Assembly (NCBI GenBank): GCA_038212275.1 | Contig: JBBQUR010000003.1 | Coordinates: 96,001 to 160,000, forward strand | Direction of reading: 5' to 3' | DNA from: Planctomycetota bacterium | GTDB taxonomy: Bacteria; Planctomycetota; B15-G4 | DNA length: 64,000 bases | In this document: one piece after another, positions 19,120 to 25,962 of the stretch | Position numbering within the stretch: the first letter of the stretch is position 1 | Layout: every line of letters starts with the position of its first letter | The notes under the pieces: generated by a model | Told to the model about the DNA's origin: nothing | What the model saw: only the letters and a program-made list of their open reading frames with translations | Databases searched by the model: none | Position numbers and translations under genes: made by a program

Positions 19120-20124
19120 TCAGCATCGCAGCCCGGCCGCATCGCGCCGCTCCACGAAGGCTTCCGGCTCGACCGCGCCCGGCGCGTAGACCAGTGTGAC
19201 CAGCGCCTCGGCGGCGCCGGCGCACACCTCGCCCACCGCGCGCGCGCGGGCCGCGAGCGCACCCTTGCGATCGGCCTTGTGGGGATCCTTGCCGTAGAAC
19301 GCCCCGCCGCCGATGGGCACGCCGGGCCCCGCGCCATCCACGACGAGCTTCTTGCCCGACAGCCCGTTGTCGCCGTGCGGCCCGCCGATGGAGAAGTCGC
19401 CCGCACCGTTGAGGTGCAGGTGCGCGGAGTCGAAGCGCGCCACGCCGGGCAGTGCCGCCTCCAGCTCCGCGCAGCCCGCGCGGATCACCGGCACGAGCAG
19501 CCGATGCTGCTCCTCGTACGAAAGCCCCGGCACGTGCTGGATCGAGAACACCAGCCGTGTCCAGGTGCACGTGAGCCGATGCCCCGCGGGAAACGTGTTG
19601 TCCCCCTGCAGCACCGGCAGCAGCTTGAAGTCCGGGCCGAAGGTCTGCGGCGCATGCTGCTCCCGCCATCGGCGCACGTGCTCTCCGAGGCGCAGCGCGA
19701 GCCAGTGCGCGGGCGGCAGGTAGTCCGTGCCCGCGTTGCCGCAGGCGTAGCCGACGCAGATGGCCTGGTCGTCGGAGAGGTGGCGCATCTCGCGCTCGTC
19801 CTGCGAAAGTGCTTCGGCGCACAGATCGTGCGTGACGATGAGCCGCTCCGGGTCGGGCGACCACAGGCCGCCGTAGCCCGCCGCGCGATACGCGGCGCGC
19901 GCGAAGCGCGGCAGGAACTCGTCCGGGTCGCCCGGGCCGTGCGGCCCCGCGGCGATGCGCCCGGTGACGAAGACCTTGTCGGTGGACACGGCCACCTCCA
20001 CGCCGACGAGCGCATCGGGATCGATGGCAATCGCGTGCTGCACGCAGGCCTCCGCGATGGCGTCGGCCAGGCGGTCCGGGTGACCCGGCGAGACGTATTC
20101 GGCGCAATGAACGGTGCGGGACAT
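19120..20124 (-). CDS. metK: Divergent methionine adenosyltransferase (SAM synthetase) homologue, 334 aa
   Basis: EYVSPGHPDRLADAIAE, DDQAICVGYA, GPDFK, FSIGGPHGDNGLSGKKLVVD, GGGAFYGKDPHKADR; AAGGAG SD upstream. Confidence 0.85.
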   Translation of the reverse strand: MSRTVHCAEYVSPGHPDRLADAIAEACVQHAIAIDPDALVGVEVAVSTDKVFVTGRIAAGPHGPGDPDEFLPRFARAAYRAAGYGGLWSPDPERLIVTHDLCAEALSQDEREMRHLSDDQAICVGYACGNAGTDYLPPAHWLALRLGEHVRRWREQHAPQTFGPDFKLLPVLQGDNTFPAGHRLTCTWTRLVFSIQHVPGLSYEEQHRLLVPVIRAGCAELEAALPGVARFDSAHLHLNGAGDFSIGGPHGDNGLSGKKLVVDGAGPGVPIGGGAFYGKDPHKADRKGALAARARAVGEVCAGAAEALVTLVYAPGAVEPEAFVERRDAAGLRC

Positions 20125-20156
20125 GCGAGGTGACTCCTTGGGGACATGCGGCGCGC

Positions 20157-21566
20157 TCAGGCGCCGCCGAGATCGGGAAGCAGTTCGACGTGGCGCGCTG
20201 CGGGAGCAAGGTCGTTGTGCGACGCGGCGCCGAGCGGCCGGTACAGGCCCACATACAGCGCCGTGCCGAGGCTGGTGAACGCGTCGGGCGCGACCGCGCC
20301 GACGTAGCCGTCGGTGATCAGCACGGTGCGCCGCGGCCGGCGCGTGCGCGGCAGCGCGGCGAGGTGCTGGAGGACGCAGCGGATGTCGGTGCCCAGCGTG
20401 TTGGCGAGGCGCTGACGCAGCAGATCCTGCGGCGACACCTCGCCGATCACGGTGCTGAACACGAAAAGCCGGATCGCGCGCGCCCGGTGCAGCGGCGCCA
20501 GCGCGCCCGCGAGTGGCCGCAGCGCGGCAGCCATCGAGCCGCTCACGTCCAGATAGACGTGCGCAACGGGCAGCGGTTCGCGACGCGTGCGCGGCGCGAG
20601 ACAGCTCCCGCGGTAGAGCAGCGGAGCGGCGCCGGTCAGCCGCCGCAGCGCGTGGGCGCGCCGATCGCCGGCCTGCGGCAGCACCGTTTCGATCTCCAGC
20701 GGCTGCACGGAGTGGAGCAGGCGGCGGCTGCCGTGCCACGCGTGCTGCTGCAGGCCGGCACGCGCCAGCAGGCGGCGGATCGCGGCGCGCAGCGCGCGCG
20801 TCGGGTCGGCCGGGGCACCGAGCATCCAGGACTTCACGGGGCGCCCCGTGTCGCGCCCGCCGAGGCGTTGCCGCGGAGGCGGCCAGCCCTCGACGACGCG
20901 GCGCAGCACGTCGCGCAGCGTCGCGTCGCGCGTCGCGGAGTCATCCCGCACGCCGTCACCGTGCTCGCCTTCGTGGTCGCCGAGCAGCACGGGCGATGTG
21001 TCCTCGCCGTCGTCGAGCAGCGCGGTGAGCAGCTCGAAGATCTCGTGGTACGTGATGTCGCCAGTGCGCCCGTAGAGCAGGTCGTGGATGCGGCGCTCCT
21101 CGGGTCCCGCGTCGGCGGGCAGCGGCTGCGGGCGTTCGGGCCAGCCGGGCGCCGGGCGCAGCAGCCGCCCGGGGAACTCCTCCCATGAGTTGAGCGCCTG
21201 GAAGAAGGACGTGAACTCGCGCCCCGGAAACTGCTGGCAGAGCAGCGCGTTGATGACCGCGTCGAAGGCGAGGTTGTGCGCGAGCGTGGCGCGCGGGAAC
21301 AGCCGTGTGTGCCCGAGCACCACGTGCTGCAGCTCGTGCATGACCAGCAGGAAGAGGTGCTCGTCCGTCCGGCACGACGCCTCGATGAAGCGCGGATTCA
21401 GCAGCATCCGCGGGCGCTCGACGCACTCGATGGCGGCGGTGGGCACGTCCTCCGTGCAGGCGATGTCCACGAGCGAAAGGAGCTTCTCCATCTGGTAACT
21501 CGCGGCCGGGATCACGGAGTAGATGCGCGCGCGCAGCCGGGCGGCGTCGGAGTCGTGCGTGGTCAT
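20157..21566 (-). CDS. DUF2201-like HExxH metallopeptidase domain + C-terminal vWA domain
   Basis: MHELQHVVLGH and NLAFDAVIN in the N-terminal half; MIDAS elements DVSGS, GTD, ITDG in the C-terminal half. Confidence 0.85.
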   Translation of the reverse strand: MTTHDSDAARLRARIYSVIPAASYQMEKLLSLVDIACTEDVPTAAIECVERPRMLLNPRFIEASCRTDEHLFLLVMHELQHVVLGHTRLFPRATLAHNLAFDAVINALLCQQFPGREFTSFFQALNSWEEFPGRLLRPAPGWPERPQPLPADAGPEERRIHDLLYGRTGDITYHEIFELLTALLDDGEDTSPVLLGDHEGEHGDGVRDDSATRDATLRDVLRRVVEGWPPPRQRLGGRDTGRPVKSWMLGAPADPTRALRAAIRRLLARAGLQQHAWHGSRRLLHSVQPLEIETVLPQAGDRRAHALRRLTGAAPLLYRGSCLAPRTRREPLPVAHVYLDVSGSMAAALRPLAGALAPLHRARAIRLFVFSTVIGEVSPQDLLRQRLANTLGTDIRCVLQHLAALPRTRRPRRTVLITDGYVGAVAPDAFTSLGTALYVGLYRPLGAASHNDLAPAARHVELLPDLGGA

Positions 21567-22264
21567 GGCGTCCCCTCGGGTTGCCGCGCGCCGGGGTGTG
21601 GCTTCGGAGCCGCGGCCGCCCGACGCCTGCGCGTCCGGACTTGCGCGGTGAGAAAACGCGGGTCATCCACCGCGAGGTCGGCCTCGAAGAGGTGACGCCA
21701 GGTGCGGTCCGGCGCACGCGACGCGATGGAGAGTGCGCCGACGCGCCGCTCGAGCACCGCGAGGGTGAGCGCGAGGTCTGCGCACGGTGCCCAGACGTCT
21801 CCGGGAGCCCAGTCTTCGGGTGGAAACCAGCCCATGAGCACGCCGCTCGGCCTGCAGCGCGATGCCCCGTGCTGTCCTGCCGCGTCCGCCGCGCATGGCG
21901 CGGAGTCGAGCAGCGCGCGATCGAGGCAGCCGGCGCGTGTGGCCGAGGCGAGCAGGCGCTCGATGCTGCCCTTCCAGCGTCTCTGCGCCTTCCGCACCAG
22001 CGCGGCGCGCAGGGAGGATGGCACGGGTCCGTATCTGGCAATCTCTTCGCGTGTTGCCATGCTGGTCGGAGCGGACGCGCGCGCCGGCACTGCCGCATTC
22101 GCCACCAACCTGGCGGCGCGCGCTCGCGGAGCCGTGTCCAGCAGGCCCTGCGCGAGCAGCGCATGCGCGAGGCTGAACACCGTCACCCGTCCCCAGACCG
22201 GCTTCTGGAGCGACGTGACCTGCGTGCGCGGGGGCGCGCTCATGTTGTGGAGCCACGTCGTCAT
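21563..22264 (-). CDS. Hypothetical protein (233 aa) coupled to MoxR and vWA genes
   Basis: ATG 22264 overlaps the MoxR stop (ATGA) and its stop overlaps the vWA start (ATGA). No family recognised. Confidence 0.65.
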   Translation of the reverse strand: MTTWLHNMSAPPRTQVTSLQKPVWGRVTVFSLAHALLAQGLLDTAPRARAARLVANAAVPARASAPTSMATREEIARYGPVPSSLRAALVRKAQRRWKGSIERLLASATRAGCLDRALLDSAPCAADAAGQHGASRCRPSGVLMGWFPPEDWAPGDVWAPCADLALTLAVLERRVGALSIASRAPDRTWRHLFEADLAVDDPRFLTAQVRTRRRRAAAAPKPHPGARQPEGTP

Positions 22265-23847
22265 CGCGGGCCCTCGACGGACAGGCGTTCCGCGAGGCGC
22301 AGGCGCTGCCAGAGTTGCCGGAAGGTGTCGAGCACGCGCTGCGGCGTCGTCGTCCCGAAGCCATCCGGCAGGAGCGACTCGAGCAGATTGCGGGCATAGC
22401 CGTTGTGCACGCGTGCCGGATGGCCGTCGTCCACCGGCAACTCGGCGGCGAGGCGACCGATCTCGCGCGCCGTGTTCACCTGCGCGGCCGACACCGACAG
22501 CGAGCGCACCGCGGGCTGCAGCGCGCGCCGCGCGTCGCGCGCCAGCGTCTCGAAGGCGGTGGCGTGCAGGCGCCCGTCGCGGTGCAGCGCGAGGTGCAGC
22601 GCCAGGGCCACGGCCGTGCGGCGCGCGGGCTCCGTCACCGACGCGACGCCGTCGAGCACGAGCGGCGTCAGCTCGTCGGCCCCGAAGCCGGGCAACTCGA
22701 TGGCGCGGAGCGCGCGCTCGAGCGGGTCGGGCGTGGCGAGGAGCGCGCGCCACGGGTCGTCGTCGGCCAGGCCGCTGAGCTTCCACGCGTGGCGGTGCAG
22801 AGCGAGCAGCGCGGCGCGGTCTGCACGGCCGTGTCGCGCGAGCTCCGGGTCACCGTGCAGGACCGCGAGCCACAACGATGTGTTCCAGTCCACCTCGCCG
22901 ATGGGCGCGGTCGGATGTGCGGCGCGTTGCAGCGTGACGCGCGCTGCCTGCAGCGCGAGCGCCGAGCGCAGCAGCATCGTCAGGCGGCGCGTGGAGAACG
23001 CCGGCTGCTTGCAGGCTTCGCGCTGCGCGGCCAGCGCGAGGAAGTAGTTCGCGAGACGGTCCGGCACCGAGCGCGAGAAGGCCGCGAACAACTGCTCGGC
23101 TCGCGCCACAAGATCCGGCAACTCCACCGGAAACTCGTGCCGTCCGTGGAACTGGTCGAGCAGGATCGAGCGGCGCTCGTGATCCGTGAGGTCGGCCCAG
23201 GTCGGCACCTCGACGAGGAAGGCAAAGCGGTCCGCGAGCGCAGGGTCGAGCGGCTCGGCGCCGAGATAGGCGTCGTCGTCCGCGCCGTCGGCATCGTCCG
23301 CGGCGGGCGGATTCATGGCCGCCCAGCGGTAGCGCAGCTTCTCGAGCAGCACGCCCTGCACGCGCCGTTCGTGCACGATCGGGAACAGCTTGTTCGCGAG
23401 GTCCGGCCGGCAGCGCGACAACTCGTCGATGAACACCACCTCGGCGTCCCAGATCGCCGTCGGCGTCGCGATGTAGCGCAGGTGGGTAGCGCTTTCGTCG
23501 GGCACCGGCACGCCGACGAGGTCGTCGTAGTTGAGCAGGCTCGCGTTGTAGAAGCGGTACTCCAGGCGCAGCGCCTGCGCCAGCCGCTCCAGCAGAAAGC
23601 TCTTGGCCGTGCCGTGCCGCCCGATGAGCAGCATCGGCTCCGCGCTCGCGAGCGCCGCGAGCACGACCGGCTCGAGCGCGGTCCAGCCGTGCAGCCCGAG
23701 AGGCTCCGTGAGCAGCGAGGGGATGCACATCGTGGGTCGCACCTGCGCCTCGTCTGGCGCCAGAAGGGGCGTCGGCGGGGGCGCCGGTGCGGCCGCGCCA
23801 TCGGATCCGGCTGCGGTCCGGGCTGCAGTTCGGACGCGCGGACTCAC
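22261..23847 (-). CDS. MoxR-family AAA+ ATPase with C-terminal helical extension
   Basis: Walker A GRHGTAKS, Walker B VFIDE, sensor AAMNP, LDPALADRF. Confidence 0.9.
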   Translation of the reverse strand: MSPRVRTAARTAAGSDGAAAPAPPPTPLLAPDEAQVRPTMCIPSLLTEPLGLHGWTALEPVVLAALASAEPMLLIGRHGTAKSFLLERLAQALRLEYRFYNASLLNYDDLVGVPVPDESATHLRYIATPTAIWDAEVVFIDELSRCRPDLANKLFPIVHERRVQGVLLEKLRYRWAAMNPPAADDADGADDDAYLGAEPLDPALADRFAFLVEVPTWADLTDHERRSILLDQFHGRHEFPVELPDLVARAEQLFAAFSRSVPDRLANYFLALAAQREACKQPAFSTRRLTMLLRSALALQAARVTLQRAAHPTAPIGEVDWNTSLWLAVLHGDPELARHGRADRAALLALHRHAWKLSGLADDDPWRALLATPDPLERALRAIELPGFGADELTPLVLDGVASVTEPARRTAVALALHLALHRDGRLHATAFETLARDARRALQPAVRSLSVSAAQVNTAREIGRLAAELPVDDGHPARVHNGYARNLLESLLPDGFGTTTPQRVLDTFRQLWQRLRLAERLSVEGPR

Positions 23848-24068
23848 GAGCGTACCGCCGCGGTCGGCTGTGCCAGGTGCGCGAGGAGTGCGTCGCGCAG
23901 GAGGATGGCCTCGTCGCGCCGCTGCGTGCGCAGCGATCGGCGCACGCGGCGGACCCGGCCGTCAAGCGTCTCGAGCGTGTAGTGGATCCACCAGACGCCG
24001 TGGTTGTTCCACAGGTGGTGGAGCGGATTGCCGCCGGTGATGCGGAGGGACAGGCGCGCTGCGCGCAT
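23844..24068 (-). CDS. 74-aa basic protein (NPLHHLWNNHGVWWIHYT...RRVRRSLRT...EAILLRD), first gene after the riboswitch
   Basis: AAAGGAA SD; stop overlaps the MoxR GTG. The beta-beta-beta-alpha pattern resembles integrase arm-type/AP2-like DNA-binding domains (inference). Confidence 0.8.
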   Translation of the reverse strand: MRAARLSLRITGGNPLHHLWNNHGVWWIHYTLETLDGRVRRVRRSLRTQRRDEAILLRDALLAHLAQPTAAVRS

Positions 24069-24096
24069 GGTGCGTGTTCCTTTCGGTCACGCACCA
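24068..24096 (-). promoter_or_regulatory. 9-bp hairpin enclosing the SD and pairing the A of the start codon (putative riboswitch expression platform)
   Basis: Minus strand UGGUGCGUG-ACCGAAAGGAA-CACGCACCA|UG. Confidence 0.65.
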
Positions 24097-24127
24097 GAAA
24101 CACGGCCGCGCGTCGTCGCGCTGTCGT

Positions 24128-24260
24128 CGGAAGTTTCGTTCGCCGGGGCGCTCACGCCCCGCGCGCATCCCTCCGGCGTACGCCGCCGGAGGAAACCACC
24201 TTGGCCTTCCGGGCCAGGTTGGCCGACCCCTCCCGCGAGGGAGGAGCCGTTCCTGATGCT
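24128..24260 (-). ncRNA. SAM-I/IV-type (SAM clan) riboswitch
   Basis: P1 GCAUC/GAUGC; P2 CGGCUCCUCCC-UCGC-GGGAGGGGUCG; P3 GCCAACC..GGUGGU with AA/U loop and UGGCC-CGGAA-GGCCA; P4 CCUCCGGCG/CGCCGGAGG; P5 GGGGCG-UGAG-CGCCCC; L3 CGGAA pairs with tail UUCCG (PK-2). Operon ends in a metK homologue. Confidence 0.85.
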
Positions 24261-24267
24261 GGTGCGG

Positions 24268-24273
24268 ACTCTA
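24268..24273 (-). promoter_or_regulatory. Putative -10 element (TAGAGT) for the riboswitch transcript
   Basis: TAnnnT hexamer 7 nt before the A preceding P1; same spacing as other promoters in the window. Confidence 0.5.
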
Positions 24274-24378
24274 ACCTGCCGCGCCGGATCGCGCACCGGT
24301 CATGTGTGTCATGAAATCCGGTGCGGCCGGCAGCCCCGCTCCCGTGTCACGGCGCTGACAGAATGTGTGCCCGCTGGT

Positions 24379-24411
<33 letters not shown>

Positions 24412-24535
24412 TGGATCTGCCGTTCCGGGACATCGGGAGCATGATCCTGCGCCTGCAGCTGCGCGATGATCGGGGCGCGCGGGGCATCGGCCTGCTCGAG
24501 CGGCCCCGCACTCATCTGCCGGCGGTCTTCCGAAA

Positions 24536-24990
24536 TCATTCCCCGTCGGGGGCTCGGCGGCGCCGTGCGCCGGGCGGCGTGACTTCCACGTCCACGCTGG
24601 TCTCGCCGTCGCCGGCCGCGCTCTTCAGCACGATGCGCGCGGTCCACCATTCGCGAGTGTCGAAGTCGCACCTGGCGACGTAGCGCAATCTGCCGCGCGA
24701 CACAACGGCGACACCGGCGGAGATCCAGCGCCGGGGCGGGGATGAGCGCGTGGCCGTCGTGCTGTCCGCCAACTCGGCCATGGCCCACCTCTGCCATGAC
24801 ATCGGACGAATGCTCCTGCAGAGCCGGGAATGCGCGGCCGGGGAGCCAGGGTGATCGACCGGCTCGCCGCGGATCCCCGGCTCCAACGTGGCGTGGAGCA
24901 GGCGCTCGTCGATCTCGGGGAGCGTTTCCGCCTGGAGCCGGGCAGCGGCTTCGCCTCCGCGTGCTCAACGCACGAAGACCGAACGATGAC
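24536..24990. other. Probable gene debris (protein-like fragments on both strands)
   Basis: Minus fragment RYVARCDFDTREWWTARIVLKSAAGDGETSVDVEVTPPG; plus fragment VIDRLAADPRLQRGVEQALVDLGERF; no coherent full ORF. Confidence 0.3.
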
Positions 24991-25020
24991 GCGGCGAGCC
25001 GCGCTCGTACAAATCCCTTG

Positions 25021-25521
25021 CTATCGTTTTCGACGCATCGCGGCGGGTCGCGATCTGGTTGCGACATCGCGCGTCCGCAGCTCGACATGGCAGCCCAGCA
25101 CGCCCAGCAGCTCGATCAGTTGCCGCAGCGACGTGCGTGGTTTGCCGGTGTCGAGCACTCGGTAGAGCTGAGCAGCCGAGGTGCCGAGTCGCCGGCAGAT
25201 CTCGCGGTGGGAGAGGAGTGTCTTTTCCATGCGCCGCTGAGCCTCCAACGTCAGCTCATAGGCCAAGATGTCCGCCATGAAGGCCGGGTCCTTGTTCTCG
25301 TCGAGGACAGCATCCAGGTGGAGCGATCCCTCGCGTCCCGAGGCGAGCTCGTACGTGAAGGCCTCGCGCCCGAGTTCCGGGTCCACGTAGACGCGGACGA
25401 TGCGGTCCCTGGAGGTCGGCTTCGGTGTGACCTTGGCGTAGGGAAAGCGCAACAGGCCCTTGGGTGTCGCGACCTCGAAGGCCTTGCTGCGGTTGTTGGC
25501 GCGCACGCTGCGGATCTTCAA
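25021..25521 (-). CDS. Putative antitoxin: DUF2442-like N-terminus + C-terminal HTH
   Basis: TTG start overlaps the toxin stop; VYVDPELGREAFTYELASG; HTH SHREICRRLGTSAAQLYRVLD. Confidence 0.7.
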   Translation of the reverse strand: MKIRSVRANNRSKAFEVATPKGLLRFPYAKVTPKPTSRDRIVRVYVDPELGREAFTYELASGREGSLHLDAVLDENKDPAFMADILAYELTLEAQRRMEKTLLSHREICRRLGTSAAQLYRVLDTGKPRTSLRQLIELLGVLGCHVELRTRDVATRSRPAAMRRKR

Positions 25522-25712
25522 AGCTGGCCCTCGGCAACGAGTTGCTCGATGACCCGACGGACGCGCCTGCTCGCGTGTCCGCTGATCGGACGAAGTCTTT
25601 CCAGGTCCCATTTCACGAGCAGGATCCTCCGGAAGTCGACGTGCACATGCCGTGGGTCGTGGTCACCCTTCCATGTGAGGAAGATGTCACCCGCCCGTCG
25701 GATCTTCGACAT
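25518..25712 (-). CDS. DUF4160-like putative toxin (64 aa)
   Basis: GDHDPRHVHV motif; GGAGG SD; upstream of an HTH partner. Confidence 0.7.
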   Translation of the reverse strand: MSKIRRAGDIFLTWKGDHDPRHVHVDFRRILLVKWDLERLRPISGHASRRVRRVIEQLVAEGQL

Positions 25713-25730
25713 CGCAACCGTTACCTCCCG

Positions 25731-25745
25731 TGATAACGCTTGTCA
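25731..25745. promoter_or_regulatory. Imperfect palindrome TGATAA-cgc-TTGTCA, candidate TA autorepression operator
   Basis: 6-3-6 inverted repeat about 20 nt upstream of the toxin ATG, in an AT-richer patch. Confidence 0.5.
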
Positions 25746-25782
25746 ACCTGCACGCCCTTTTGACTTCTCGATTGCTCGATGA

Positions 25783-25822
25783 CACGGCTGCACGGCTGCA
25801 CGGCTGCACGGCTGCACGGCTG
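25783..25822. repeat. Perfect 8-bp tandem repeat (CACGGCTG)x5
   Basis: Direct reading of the sequence. Confidence 0.95.
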
Positions 25823-25962
25823 CATGGGCGGGCCATGCGCCGGTTGCGTCGCAGCGACGATGGCCCACGCATCAGGCAGGGAAGGGGCCGAGCGGCTGGG
25901 GTTACCTCAGCGCAGCGAGTCCGCCAACGGATACCCGGGAGACACCCGACGTGAGCTTCGGC

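Noticed and set aside
23844..24068. Small ORF as an integrase remnant marking a prophage or ICE
   Set aside because: No catalytic tyrosine-recombinase domain, att-like repeats or phage genes nearby; it has its own SD and is coupled to MoxR.
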